A stretch of DNA of 64,000 bases from an uncultured Bdellovibrionales bacterium (GCA_964624415.1 CAZUWR010000002.1:76454-140453), one strand, 5' to 3'; counted from the first letter of the stretch, positions 1 through 10,087 are shown. Notes: a model not told the origin generated them from the sequence alone. Numbers and translations are program-made.

Positions 1-1125
1 GTAGAAACTTTGTGCCCGGTTTTTTGTATACAAGGCGATGATAGAAGTGGCGATGAGTATGATGAATATAAAGGCATTGATAATTCCTGTTTCTGCAGCG
101 ATATCAAGGAAAAGATTGTGGGCATAGATCGGGTCGCGGTAGGTGGCGCTTGGTTTGACAGCGAGGGAGTAGTTGCCGAGGCCGACACCGAGAAGCGGAT
201 GCTCAATGATGATATCCGTTGCAGCTTGCCACATCGCGATACGCCCTTGGTTGGAGCCTTCATCGGTATTGAAGCTCGAAAGGAATCGCGTACCGATCGG
301 ACTGGCGAAAACTATAAAAGCGCATCCGAGAATCGATGCGAAGAAGAGTTTTTTAGTGCGAGTTGTCCAGTGACGAAAGCGGAGAGCAAAGAGGAAAAGT
401 AATCCACTAACTATACCGAGATATCCACCGCGCGAAAATGTCAAGAGGTTTGCGAGGAGAATGGTGGCGGCGATACTGAAAAACAGAGTCTTTTTTTGTT
501 GGAATACGAAAGCAAGTCCGATCGCGAGCGGCGCCGTCATCCCGAGATAAAACGAGAGCATATGCGGATCGGGGAAGATAGCGACGGCGCGCATCAGAGT
601 GTGTCCACCGATATTGACGAAGATGCTCGGATAATTGGCAACGGATTGTGCGAAGGCGTCCCCGAGAAATAGGGGGAGTATATTGCGGGTGAGGATTTGA
701 AAGAGGGCGTTGAGTGGGATGACGAATTGTAAGAGGAATTGAATGATGCTCACGATGGCGAGCGCGAAAGATCCGAAAACGATACATTTCGTCAGATGGA
801 CAACTTTTTCATGTGTATCAAGAAGTACCGTGAGCACGAAGTAGAGCGGGAAAAAGGAAATCAGGAAAAGCAGTTTGCGCAGTCCCCAAGACACTTCGGA
901 TGCTCCTACAAGGGAGAATGTGCAGAGAAAAAGAAAGGAAAGAAGTAGAGGCGTTTGTATGCGCCAAGCAATCCAGAGTTTTCGTGTGATAAGGCTGTGA
1001 ACGAGCCACATAATGACGATAAGCGGAATAATAACTCGTACCGAAGCCACATCGAAACCACCGCCTGGATTGAGCGCAATTTGGAATGGGAGAAAAAGAT
1101 AGAGAAGGGAAATGAGGGTAAGCAT
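1..1125 (-). CDS. O-antigen ligase/Wzy_C family membrane protein (3' end runs off window)
   Basis: Read manually from ATG at 1125: MLTLISLLYLFLPFQIALNP...; motifs RAVAIFPDPHMLSFYL and HPLLGVGLGNY...YAHNLFLDIAAETG; absent from ORF track, presumably because no stop in window. Confidence 0.8.
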   Translation of the reverse strand, partial: MLTLISLLYLFLPFQIALNPGGGFDVASVRVIIPLIVIMWLVHSLITRKLWIAWRIQTPLLLSFLFLCTFSLVGASEVSWGLRKLLFLISFFPLYFVLTVLLDTHEKVVHLTKCIVFGSFALAIVSIIQFLLQFVIPLNALFQILTRNILPLFLGDAFAQSVANYPSIFVNIGGHTLMRAVAIFPDPHMLSFYLGMTAPLAIGLAFVFQQKKTLFFSIAATILLANLLTFSRGGYLGIVSGLLFLFALRFRHWTTRTKKLFFASILGCAFIVFASPIGTRFLSSFNTDEGSNQGRIAMWQAATDIIIEHPLLGVGLGNYSLAVKPSATYRDPIYAHNLFLDIAAETGIINAFIFIILIATSIIALYTKNRAQSFY

Positions 1126-1127
1126 AC

Positions 1128-1919
1128 TCAGTGAGAGAATAATGTCCGTAGTATTTTTAAGCACCGACTTTCCCATCTTGGTCGGTGTTTAGCGAAGTAG
1201 CGGTCTTGTGAGGCGTAGTAGTATTGTTTTTGCTGCTTGTGTGACGGTGCGCTGTGGCCGGAGATATGCATCAATGCCATATCGGGGAAATAGAGTACGG
1301 ATTTTCCTTGTGCCAAGACTCGATCGCACAGGTCGATATCTTCGAAGTAGAGGAAAAAAGTTTCATCAAAACCTTTGATTTTACGGAAAAAATCGCGCGG
1401 GATGAAAAGCGAGGCGCCACTGACCCAATCGACCGCGATTGGTATTTGACTTTGCCAGAGTTTTTTACTCGCAGGAAAACCAAAATTATTGCGAAGGACA
1501 TCCCAAAGGGTCCCTCGCGTGCCCGCGCTCCATTTTTGTATGCTACCAGATTGCGTGAGCAGTTTGAGGCCGATTATACCTATTGATGATTCGCTTTGAA
1601 ATCGATCGCGTATAGAGCGCAGATCACCGGAGACGAATTGCGTATCGGGATTGATGAAACCTAGTATCTCTCCGGAAGCGTTTGCGGCACCGATATTGCA
1701 GGCTGCGCCGAAACCGAGATTGTTTTTTGTGTGGATGATTGTGAAAGGGAGTTGCTGCGCAAGCGCGTCAAGGATCTCTTTTTCAGTGATATCGTTATTG
1801 ACAATGATGACCTCGTATTCATCGGGAGTAAGGCTGGTTGTTTCAAGAGAGGCGAACCACCCAGGAAGAAGGGCGGCGCTTTGGAAATTGACTATAATGA
1901 AGGAAAAAATTGGATGCAT
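1128..1919 (-). CDS. Glycosyltransferase family 2
   Basis: FSFIIVNF, IVNND, NLGFGAACNIG, FINPD, FFLYFEDIDLC motifs. Confidence 0.9.
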   Translation of the reverse strand: MHPIFSFIIVNFQSAALLPGWFASLETTSLTPDEYEVIIVNNDITEKEILDALAQQLPFTIIHTKNNLGFGAACNIGAANASGEILGFINPDTQFVSGDLRSIRDRFQSESSIGIIGLKLLTQSGSIQKWSAGTRGTLWDVLRNNFGFPASKKLWQSQIPIAVDWVSGASLFIPRDFFRKIKGFDETFFLYFEDIDLCDRVLAQGKSVLYFPDMALMHISGHSAPSHKQQKQYYYASQDRYFAKHRPRWESRCLKILRTLFSH

Positions 1920-1955
1920 AGCTGAGGAACGTTCATTTTAGAGTAAGCAGCGTAA

Positions 1956-2070
1956 GCGCATAGCAAGAAGATGTTTCTTTTGGAGGCTTGCGAGACTGTC
2001 GAGGTGAGCACGAGGAATTTTTCAGCAGAAAAATATCCGTACTCCAAAAAAACATCTTCTTGCTATGCGC
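1956..2070. repeat. Palindromic element family A, copy 1
   Basis: Arms gcgcatagcaagaagatgttt / aaacatcttcttgctatgcgc around a core shared with 4 other copies. Confidence 0.9.
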
Positions 2071-2092
2071 GGTATAGGAGAAATCAGCTAGA

Positions 2093-2947
2093 TTACCTTG
2101 CATCAAGATAATCCCGATAAGCGCGGGCGACTTCTTTGGCAACAAGGTTTGTGCCTGAAGCGCAGTTAAAGTAATTTTTGATGCGGCGCCCAAGAAAATA
2201 GAGCATCACCCATGGCCTCAGAGAGGCTGGCGTATTTTCATGGAAAAATTGTAATCCGGATACAACCAGCCAGTACATTTTTTCAGGGTTATCCTCAGAG
2301 TTTTCCGCATGAAATATGTGCGTAGTGGGGACAACGAGGAGTCCGAATCCGGCACGCGATGCCTTAACACTAAAGTCAGCATCTTCATAGTAGAGAAAGT
2401 ATTTTTCATCGAGCAGCCCGACTATTTTGAAGACGTCTTTTTTGATCAGCATCGCGCAGCCGCAGATGTATTCTGAGGGAAATGATTGCAAGAGCGTGGG
2501 CGGACTGACATGCAGTGTTCGCATATGTATCCAGTCGATAACACCCTTTCCAAACCAGATATTTTTGGTGCGGGTATGCAGAATGAGCGGACTGAGAATG
2601 CCGGTTTTTGGCTGCTGTTCACCGACCTCGACAAGTTTGGTAAGTGAATCCTTTTCCACAGTGGCGTCGTTGTTGACGAGCCAGACATAATCGGCACCTT
2701 TTTCAAGAGCGAAACGGATACCGACATTATTGCCGGCAGCAAAACCGAGATTGACGTCATTTTTGATGAAGTGCGCGCGTGAAAACAGGCGCTTCGCTTC
2801 TTCGATCGATCCGTCTTTGGAATCGTTATCGATCACCACTACCTCGAAATTCTGGTAGCCGAGTTGATACACAGATTGAAGACACGCCTTAATCGTCGCC
2901 TTGCCGTTGTAGTTGAGGATGAGGATGAAAACTTTCGGATGGGTCAT
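2093..2947 (-). CDS. Glycosyltransferase family 2
   Basis: Start MTHPKVFILILNYNG; IDNDSKDGS, NLGFAAGNN, LVNNDA, YFLYYEDAD. Confidence 0.9.
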   Translation of the reverse strand: MTHPKVFILILNYNGKATIKACLQSVYQLGYQNFEVVVIDNDSKDGSIEEAKRLFSRAHFIKNDVNLGFAAGNNVGIRFALEKGADYVWLVNNDATVEKDSLTKLVEVGEQQPKTGILSPLILHTRTKNIWFGKGVIDWIHMRTLHVSPPTLLQSFPSEYICGCAMLIKKDVFKIVGLLDEKYFLYYEDADFSVKASRAGFGLLVVPTTHIFHAENSEDNPEKMYWLVVSGLQFFHENTPASLRPWVMLYFLGRRIKNYFNCASGTNLVAKEVARAYRDYLDAR

Positions 2948-2960
2948 AGTAAACAGTATA

Positions 2961-3416
2961 TCACCTAGGAAGTGTTCCATGAAACCCATGGGCTTTGTCA
3001 CCGAGTCGTATGCCATAGGCATATGCCCACACGTCAACGTCGATCCATTCGGTGCCGACTTTCGCTTGCAGGTATTGATGAGGGGAGATATACCAGATAT
3101 GCGTCCATCTCAAACGAATATCGCTCTCGGTGAAAAATCCGCTTTTGACAAGAAGAACCCTGAGGAGGTAATTGATGTTGGTGCAGTGAAGAAAGCCGTT
3201 TTTGTGCCAGAGTACTGCAATGTCACGCAAAAATATATCCGATAAACAGGTATAGGTTTTAAGTCGTTCCCCGTGATATTTCTCAGTAAGTATTGTGTAT
3301 GCATTAAACAAGCATATTTTTTGAGAAACTGATTGCTTGAGTTGTTCCGCTACTATCCGCATATCCTCGGGCAGTGATTCAGGAAGAGGCGTTCTTGAAA
3401 AGAAATCTAAAGGCAT
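2961..3416 (-). CDS. Hypothetical protein, possible transglutaminase-like (Cys-His-Asp) domain
   Basis: GFLHCTNINYLL...HQYLQ...WIDVDVW spacing resembles the transglutaminase catalytic triad. Confidence 0.55.
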   Translation of the reverse strand: MPLDFFSRTPLPESLPEDMRIVAEQLKQSVSQKICLFNAYTILTEKYHGERLKTYTCLSDIFLRDIAVLWHKNGFLHCTNINYLLRVLLVKSGFFTESDIRLRWTHIWYISPHQYLQAKVGTEWIDVDVWAYAYGIRLGDKAHGFHGTLPR

Positions 3417-3427
3417 ACGGTACGCAG

Positions 3428-4876
3428 TTATTCAATGACTACACCTTTCCCGCGGGCGAATTTGGAACCGGCAAGGACCTGGAGAATCTCCTCTTTTTCG
3501 ATGGCATCGGTCATCCAGAGCGAAACAAGATAGATGGCGATGCTACCGAGAATAAGCAACGCCAGGTGAAGATGCGGGAAGAAAAAAAGATACAGACCCA
3601 TAAGTGCCCCGGAAAAAGCGACTCTTCCGAAGTGGGTGGAGCTTGGTCGGTAGTGGGTGTGCTTATACACAAGAGTGAATGAGAGAAGAACAACGAACAT
3701 TTCCGTCAGTACGGATGTGAATGCTGCCCCCGTATAGGAATAGCGGGGAATGAGGATCAGGTTGATCAGTATATTGATGGTGGCGACGACGATAAGGGCT
3801 TTCATAAGTTTGCCCTGGAGATTGCTGACGACCAGTATGGTATTGAAAAACTGTCCGAAAAAGATGAAGGCGAGGGCGAAGACGAGGATGCGGAGTACGG
3901 TTGCCGATTCGGGAAATCCGGCACCGCCGATGATACTGACGATTTGCGGTGCGAGGAAAAAGACGCCGATGACGAGCGGCACGACGAGCACGAGAAAAAC
4001 CTTGAAGGTTTTGTTGGCAATAAGATCAAACATATTCCGGTCGGTAAAGACATAGCGTGAAAGCAGAGGAAGCACGAGACCGGCAACCATAGCGGGGAAG
4101 AAGATGAGATTCTCAATCACTTTGTAGGCGACATTGTAGATGCCAACATCGGCAGATGTTTTCAGAAATGACAGCAGGATGGTATCGGCTTTGAAGTAAG
4201 CGAAAGTCACGACGGAGGCGATACCGAGCGGAAGAGCTTGTACTAGAAAGCTTTTCCAATAGACCCGATCATACTGGAAGGAGAAGGTGAAATAGCGCCG
4301 GCTGATCCAAAAAACAACGATGGCATTGAACATCATATACCCGAGTAGGGCGAGTGCGATAGTGATGAATCCGAGGTGTTGCTGTACTGCTAAAAGAATG
4401 ATGCCGAGCTGGACGAGTTTGCCGAGGAGCTCGATGGTGGCTACCTTGTCCATAGCCAGGTGTTTTTGGAAAATGCCGTTGAGTGTCATGGAAACGGAGG
4501 AGAAGATGAAGGCGACCGCCGCGATAATGATGGCGAATTTGAGATCGAATGAATAAGGGAGGAAATAGACCAGTATCGGTGTGAGAAGAAGAATCACTAA
4601 AGAAATGAGTAGGCGCAAGGTGAGTACATTGCTCATGATATGGCTTTCCTTGGCACCTTCGCGGGATATTTCGCGAGCCGTGACCGATTGGAGGCCCAGG
4701 TCGCCGATGGCATTGAAAAAACTGAAAAAAGCGAGCATAGTGGCGTAGTCTCCGAAGCCATCCTTGCCCAAATAGCGCGTAACAAAACCGATGGCGACCA
4801 ATGCCAAGGCGGTCGAAATGATTTTCGCCACGGCGTTGAAGACGACATTGTAAGCTATTCTTCCGGCTAATGCCAT
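3428..4876 (-). CDS. Wzx-type oligosaccharide flippase
   Basis: ~14 TM segments; TRYLGKDGFGDY, DLGL, DTILL...VGIYNVAY, LIPRYSYTGAA motifs. Confidence 0.9.
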   Translation of the reverse strand: MALAGRIAYNVVFNAVAKIISTALALVAIGFVTRYLGKDGFGDYATMLAFFSFFNAIGDLGLQSVTAREISREGAKESHIMSNVLTLRLLISLVILLLTPILVYFLPYSFDLKFAIIIAAVAFIFSSVSMTLNGIFQKHLAMDKVATIELLGKLVQLGIILLAVQQHLGFITIALALLGYMMFNAIVVFWISRRYFTFSFQYDRVYWKSFLVQALPLGIASVVTFAYFKADTILLSFLKTSADVGIYNVAYKVIENLIFFPAMVAGLVLPLLSRYVFTDRNMFDLIANKTFKVFLVLVVPLVIGVFFLAPQIVSIIGGAGFPESATVLRILVFALAFIFFGQFFNTILVVSNLQGKLMKALIVVATINILINLILIPRYSYTGAAFTSVLTEMFVVLLSFTLVYKHTHYRPSSTHFGRVAFSGALMGLYLFFFPHLHLALLILGSIAIYLVSLWMTDAIEKEEILQVLAGSKFARGKGVVIE

Positions 4877-4900
4877 AAAAATCTGTGAAATTATTGGGGG

Positions 4901-5017
4901 GAGAATGATATGAAGATACTATTTTTGGAGTACGTGCATTTTTCTGCTGAAAAATTTCTCGTGCTCGCCCCGTCGGGCTTCGCAAGCCTCCTAAAATAGT
5001 ATCTTCATACCATTCTC
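4901..5017. repeat. Palindromic element family A, copy 2
   Basis: Arms gagaatgatatgaagatactatttt / aaaatagtatcttcataccattctc; core in opposite orientation to copy 1. Confidence 0.9.
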
Positions 5018-5119
5018 GCGACCTATGCAACGAATTCCTAAATTCTGGAAGTTTAGTGTGATACAAAAAATCCTTGATACAACCAGTATATCAAGGATAG
5101 CTTTACAAAGAAAGGTTAC

Positions 5120-5596
5120 TTAGAGTATCGGGGCGGGCTTGACCGTTACTTTCCGGTTTTCATTGACACCGGTGCTCTCCGTCACCACCTCTTTATTGAG
5201 CGCCAGCTCCGCGTGAATGATCTTGCGTTCGTATCCGGCCATAGGTCGCAAAACAACCGGCATGCGCGTCTGAAGCGCTTGTTGCGCGGCACCGTGTGCC
5301 TCTTTGACCAGCGCCTGGCTTTTTTGTTCCCAATAAGAATTGACATCCAAAGAGAAAACCACGTTTTGCTGGAATTCTTTTTTGGCTAAAAGTCGAATGA
5401 TATGCTGGAGAGCCTGAAGATTGACACCGTGCTGACCGATCAGGAGATTGGAATCTCCTTCGACGCGGATATTGCAGATGAAATCGCCCTGACCTTCACA
5501 GACCGGTTCGCGGAGGCTGACCTGCGCCTCAAATCCCATATGCTCGACGATGGTTTGTGTGATGGCTTGTATGCGGGTGGCTTGAGTGATATCCAT
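5120..5596 (-). CDS. jag: Jag/KhpB RNA-binding protein (KH + R3H)
   Basis: LLIGQHGVNLQALQ KH motif, PMAGYERKIIH R3H motif; synteny with yidC. Confidence 0.9.
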   Translation of the reverse strand: MDITQATRIQAITQTIVEHMGFEAQVSLREPVCEGQGDFICNIRVEGDSNLLIGQHGVNLQALQHIIRLLAKKEFQQNVVFSLDVNSYWEQKSQALVKEAHGAAQQALQTRMPVVLRPMAGYERKIIHAELALNKEVVTESTGVNENRKVTVKPAPIL

Positions 5597-5607
5597 ACGG
5601 GTGTTTT

Positions 5608-6339
5608 TTATTCCTTAACGGGTTGAGCGGTTTTGAGGATGTATTCTTGTTGGGCGATCATAAAGAGTGTTGATACGAGCCAGTATAAAGAAAGTCCGGC
5701 CGGAAAAGTGAATCCGATAAACAGTGTGAGCAATGGCCCGATAATGAGCATCTGCTTGGTCATGATGGTGGCGAAATCAGGCTCACTGTCATCTTTCGGT
5801 GCGGTTTTTGGCTGGCGCGCTATCATGATTTTGGTCTGATAGTACTGGGCGGCTGCTGCCAGCACAGCAAAGACATAGTTCGGATGAGTAAGATCAACGA
5901 TGCTTAAAAAGAGGTGATGAATTTGCCCTGGGTTGGCGATAAAGGTGTAAAGATTTTCTCCCTGCACCTGCAGTCCGGATTGAGAAATATTGATAAGAAC
6001 GCGGTAGATGGCGATGAAGAAGGTGAGTTGCACGATAAGTGGGAGGCACCCTGCCGCGAGATTAACCTCTTTTTCCTTATAAAGCTCTGCGAGAGCAAGG
6101 TTTAATTTCACCTTATCTTTTTTATGCTTATCTTTTAATTGTTTGATAAGTGGTTGCAGTTCCTGCATTTTCTTCTGTGATTCAATCTGTTTGTGCGCAA
6201 GAGGAAAAAGAGCGAACTTCAAAATCAATGTCGTGAGAATGATAGCGATACCGAAATCATGCCCTGGAACCGTATTGTAGAGGAAAATAAGGACATTGTA
6301 GATTGGGTTATAGACCAAAGTGTCAAAGAGAGCCATCAT
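5608..6339 (-). CDS. yidC: Membrane protein insertase YidC/Oxa1
   Basis: AIILTTLILK...MQELQP, GCLPLIVQ, PAGLSLYW. Confidence 0.95.
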   Translation of the reverse strand: MMALFDTLVYNPIYNVLIFLYNTVPGHDFGIAIILTTLILKFALFPLAHKQIESQKKMQELQPLIKQLKDKHKKDKVKLNLALAELYKEKEVNLAAGCLPLIVQLTFFIAIYRVLINISQSGLQVQGENLYTFIANPGQIHHLFLSIVDLTHPNYVFAVLAAAAQYYQTKIMIARQPKTAPKDDSEPDFATIMTKQMLIIGPLLTLFIGFTFPAGLSLYWLVSTLFMIAQQEYILKTAQPVKE

Positions 6340-6686
6340 GAAATTGTATGTAAGAGATTATTTTTTTTCAAAAGCAGGCGCAGATCACGCTCAATAGCAT
6401 CGTATGTCAGAGTTTCCGGTTTGTAGCGATACAAGACAATGATAGCAAAACCAGGCCGTAATGCAAAGAGCTGCGAGCGCATCGCTTCCCGTAAAACTCT
6501 TTTGGCGCGGTTCCGGTTGACGGCTTTGGGGAAGTTTTTTTTGCTCGCAATAAAACCCACCGCGGATCGCGAGAGGTGGGTCGGGCGCCATTTGAGGGAG
6601 AGTGCACCCAGTGATGCGTAAGAACCCTCTTTGAATATGAGCGCGAAAGCCTTCTTATGAGACAGACGAAAGTTTACGGGCAACAT
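6336..6686 (-). CDS. rnpA: Ribonuclease P protein component
   Basis: KAVNRNRAKRVLRE RNR motif; position after rpmH. Confidence 0.9.
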   Translation of the reverse strand: MLPVNFRLSHKKAFALIFKEGSYASLGALSLKWRPTHLSRSAVGFIASKKNFPKAVNRNRAKRVLREAMRSQLFALRPGFAIIVLYRYKPETLTYDAIERDLRLLLKKNNLLHTIS

Positions 6687-6708
6687 TTCAGCATTATCAC
6701 GGCTTAGT

Positions 6709-6846
6709 TTATGCGGTGAGCTTCTTGCGTCCTTGTGCGCGGCGGCTTTTTACGATGTTTTGGCCGTTTTTCGTGGACATACGCTCACGGAAACCATGCT
6801 GCTTCTTCCTCTTAAGGCTCTTTGGCTGAAACGTTCTTTTCGGCAT
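6709..6846 (-). CDS. rpmH: 50S ribosomal protein L34
   Basis: Manual translation [45 protein letters not shown]. Confidence 0.97.
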   Translation of the reverse strand: MPKRTFQPKSLKRKKQHGFRERMSTKNGQNIVKSRRAQGRKKLTA

Positions 6847-6948
6847 ACAATTAAACTTATACGTGGGTTAGACAATGTACTATCCAGTATACCAATAAAG
6901 CCAAAAAAGTCAAATAAAAAAGAACTACGCTCAAACGCGGAAGTCTTA

Positions 6949-7081
6949 GTAACTGTCTAAAATCTTTCCGTTTTTTGCTTTTGCATAGTGTTTTTTCGAA
7001 CTGCCGGGTCAAAGACGAAAGGCGAGAAAAAATACTATGCAAAAGCCAAAAAACAAGAAGGGAAAGATTTTAGACAGTTAC
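6949..7081. mobile_element. MITE family B copy 1 (133 bp, TIR GTAACTGTCTAAAATC, TSD TTA)
   Basis: Terminal inverted repeats, TTA on both sides, near-identical copies at 25102 and 35733. Confidence 0.85.
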
Positions 7082-7103
7082 TTAGTAAAAGAGAGGTATC
7101 TTC

Positions 7104-7144
7104 TTATCCACACAAGGAGCTCACTTGTGCACAAGTTATCCACA
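7104..7144. promoter_or_regulatory. oriC DnaA-box cluster
   Basis: Perfect TTATCCACA at 7104-7112 and 7136-7144, palindromic ACTTGTGCACAAGT (two degenerate boxes) between; rpmH/dnaA divergent intergenic; gene-strand switch. Confidence 0.8.
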
Positions 7145-7211
7145 ATACCCTCTATTCCTCCTTTTTCGCCTATGCTATACTTTTGATACTGACCATAAAT
7201 AAGACAGTCAT

Positions 7212-8663
7212 ATGAGCAACGAAGAGCTTTGGAAAGCGGTTTTAGGGGAGTTAGAGCTTTCCATATCCAAAGGCGAATTCAATACATGGTTCAAAAACAC
7301 TTCCATCGTCTCGCACGAAAATGGGCGTGTGGTTATTAGTGTTCCGAGCGGTTTTGCGCGTGAGTGGCTTGAGAATAAGGTGAATATGCATATTCTGCAG
7401 TCCCTGAAGCATTTGCAGAGCGATATTACCGAGTTTTCATGCGTTATCAATGCGCCTGAACAAAAATTGACGCAGACACAGTCATTTACCCAGACACAGA
7501 CCGGATTCGTGTCTTCGCATGGGGCTTCTGCAAACTCGCCATCACAACCGCAAGCGACGCCGTCGTATCCTGCCGGCGCTGCCGTGCCGTATTATCCGCC
7601 TCAAGCGCATCCCGTTCAAACCGCAACCAAAGCCAAACAAGAGCACGCCCTCAATCCGCGCTATACATTTGAGAATTTTATTGTCGGTGAGAATAATGAG
7701 TTGGCGAGAGCTGCTTGCTATGCGGTATCGCAGAATCTCGGACAGTTGTACAATCCGATTTTTATCTACGGTGGCGTGGGACTGGGTAAAACACACTTGT
7801 TGCAGTCTGTTGGCAATGAGGTGTTGAAACATCACCCCGATATACGCATCAAGTATACGACGGCCGATTGGTTTACGGGAGAATTAGTGGAATCCATTCG
7901 CAATCAGAAAGTGGCGGAATTTAAAGAAGCCTATCAGAAAGCCGACCTTCTCATTATCGATGATATCCAATTTCTTTCGGGACGAGAGAAGACGCAGGAT
8001 GAATTTTTCCATATTTTCAATACGCTTTACCAAGCCAATAAGCAGATTGTACTGAGTAGTGACAGACCGCCGCAGGCCATCCCGACACTTGAGGATCGTC
8101 TACGTTCGCGTTTCCAAGGCGGAATGATCGCGGATATTGGCAGACCCGACCTTGAGACTCGTATGGCTATTTTAAAAATCAAGACCGCTGAGAGACATTT
8201 TTACCTCGATGATGAGGCGGTGCGTTTTATTGCTGAAAATGTAACTAATAACATCCGTGAACTCGAGGGAGCGCTTAATCGCATTATTGCTTCCTGTGAG
8301 TTCCATAAGATCGTGCCGACCATCGCATATATCAAAAAAACGCTCGGCTCTATTATCGCCAATACCAAACGCGTCGTTAGTCCGGAGCGCATTATGAAGA
8401 TGACAGCTGAGTTCTATAATATCGAAGAGGATGATCTGACACGCAAGGGGCGCAAGAAGGAAGTGGTACACCCGAGACAAGTGGGAATGTATCTGATGCG
8501 TATGGAGCTTCAAACCTCATTCGCGGCTATCGGAAAGTATTTCGGGGGTCGAGATCATACCACGGTGCTGCATGCCTGCGAGAAGATCAAGGATGATTTG
8601 GATGAGAACTTGCGGCTCAAAGAAGAGGTCACGAGTTTGCGGGAGAAGTTGTATCGGGAGTAG
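7212..8663 (+). CDS. dnaA: Chromosomal replication initiator DnaA
   Basis: YTFENF, YNPIFIYGGVGLGKTHL, DDIQF, RELEGA, GGRDHTTV. Confidence 0.99.
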   Translation: MSNEELWKAVLGELELSISKGEFNTWFKNTSIVSHENGRVVISVPSGFAREWLENKVNMHILQSLKHLQSDITEFSCVINAPEQKLTQTQSFTQTQTGFVSSHGASANSPSQPQATPSYPAGAAVPYYPPQAHPVQTATKAKQEHALNPRYTFENFIVGENNELARAACYAVSQNLGQLYNPIFIYGGVGLGKTHLLQSVGNEVLKHHPDIRIKYTTADWFTGELVESIRNQKVAEFKEAYQKADLLIIDDIQFLSGREKTQDEFFHIFNTLYQANKQIVLSSDRPPQAIPTLEDRLRSRFQGGMIADIGRPDLETRMAILKIKTAERHFYLDDEAVRFIAENVTNNIRELEGALNRIIASCEFHKIVPTIAYIKKTLGSIIANTKRVVSPERIMKMTAEFYNIEEDDLTRKGRKKEVVHPRQVGMYLMRMELQTSFAAIGKYFGGRDHTTVLHACEKIKDDLDENLRLKEEVTSLREKLYRE

Positions 8664-8673
8664 GCAGACGAAA

Positions 8674-8785
8674 GGATAGGAATGAAGACTCTTTTTTGGA
8701 GGCTTGCGAGACTGTCGAGGTGAGCACGAGGAATTTTTCAGCAGAAAAATATCCGTACTCCGAAAAAGAGTCTTCATTCCTATCC
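8674..8785. repeat. Palindromic element family A, copy 3 (dnaA-dnaN intergenic)
   Basis: Arms ggataggaatgaagactctttt / aaaagagtcttcattcctatcc; 68-nt core identical to copy 1. Confidence 0.9.
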
Positions 8786-8812
8786 GATATATCACTCATA
8801 ACATTATTTATT

Positions 8813-9961
8813 ATGAAACTCATTTGCACACAGGAAAATTTACGAAAAGCAATTGCGGCAGCAGAGCGCGCCGTGGGTCGTCAGAGCACACTGCCGATTT
8901 TGGGCAACTTTTTGCTCGAAACCGAAAACGGACGACTCAAACTTTCCGCAACCAATCTTGAGATCGGTGTTATCGCGCGCGTCGGAGCCAAGATCGAATC
9001 CGACGGACGCATCACCATTCCTGCCAAACTGATGAGCAATTTTATCAGCAATCTTCCCTCGGGAGACACCATCGTGTTGGAATCGGAAGGACAGTCCTTG
9101 AAAATATCCAGCGGCGGATACTCGGTCAAGATCAAGGGATTGGACGCCCAAGAATTCCCATTGATACCGCAGCATCATGGGACGCAATTTCTCACTATTC
9201 CGGCGCAGCCACTGCGCATCGCGTTGTCCAAGCTCTTGCCGTGCGTCGCGCTCAATGAAGCTCGTTTGGAATTGACCGGTGTCAATATCATTTTCGCAGA
9301 AAACTCGATGTGTTTGGCCTCGACGGACAGTTTCCGTTTGGCGGAAGAGAGCATCGCTTTGGATGGCAATAACGTCGCCAGTGTCGCCTCCTCATTCCCT
9401 CAAGGATCATGCATTATTCCAGCCGCTACCTTCTCTGAGGTATCCCGAGTGATCAGTCCGGAGAGCAAGGAAGTCAAGCTTGCTTTCGAGGAAAATCAGA
9501 TTTTTTTCGAGGTGGACGGTGTACAAATTCTCTCGCGCCTAGTGAGCGGAAAATTCCCGGATTACAAGCAAATTATTCCCGAGCAATTCGCTTTGCAGGC
9601 CATTGTGTCTCGCGAGGACTTACTTCGCGCGGTCAAAATCGCGACCGTCTTCACCTCGCAGACCTCGCAGGAGCTTGTGTTTCGCGTTGATCCGCAGGCC
9701 GGACAGATCGTCATTGAGTCCCGCTCGCAGGAAATGGGAGAAAATCAAACTATCTTGCAGGCAGATATTGCCAGTGATATCCCGCTTGAGATGGTGTTTA
9801 ATCCAAAATATATCCTCGATGGTATCAATACGATAGCGACGTCCCGTATCGCGCTTTTGGCCAATGAAAGCACCACGCCAGCGGCGCTGAAAACAGTCGA
9901 CGAGGAAACCGGAACCGTATCGGGGGAGTATGTGTATATCATTATGCCGATCCGGAATTAA
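8813..9961 (+). CDS. dnaN: DNA polymerase III beta clamp
   Basis: MKLICTQENL, LSATNLE, ASTDSFRL, GKFPDY, YIIMPIR; true ATG at 8813. Confidence 0.98.
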   Translation: MKLICTQENLRKAIAAAERAVGRQSTLPILGNFLLETENGRLKLSATNLEIGVIARVGAKIESDGRITIPAKLMSNFISNLPSGDTIVLESEGQSLKISSGGYSVKIKGLDAQEFPLIPQHHGTQFLTIPAQPLRIALSKLLPCVALNEARLELTGVNIIFAENSMCLASTDSFRLAEESIALDGNNVASVASSFPQGSCIIPAATFSEVSRVISPESKEVKLAFEENQIFFEVDGVQILSRLVSGKFPDYKQIIPEQFALQAIVSREDLLRAVKIATVFTSQTSQELVFRVDPQAGQIVIESRSQEMGENQTILQADIASDIPLEMVFNPKYILDGINTIATSRIALLANESTTPAALKTVDEETGTVSGEYVYIIMPIRN

Positions 9962-9967
9962 AATAGA

Positions 9968-10087
9968 GTTCCTTTGAGTATATATCTTCCGCCGGGTACA
10001 GGATATTTTTCTGCTGAAAAATTCCTTGCGCGCTCGCCCCGCCGGGCTGCGCGAGCCCCCTTGCGAAAGACATATACGCAAAGGAAC
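9968..10087. repeat. Palindromic element family A, copy 4
   Basis: Arms gttcctttgagtatatatcttccgc / gcgaaagacatatacgcaaaggaac; core with atttttctgctgaaaaat. Confidence 0.8.

Noticed and set aside
1933-2193. Short ORFs sharing peptide motifs such as STDIFLLKNSSCSPRQSRKPPK (also 8517-8795, 23073-23426)
   Set aside because: Translations of the repeated palindromic core, not a protein family
6857-7215. ORFs over the MITE (also 25013-25201, 35617-35832)
   Set aside because: Shadow translations of the repeat with no transposase motifs
8696-8812. N-terminal extension of DnaN in the ORF track
   Set aside because: It reads through a family A palindrome; the conserved DnaN start is ATG 8813
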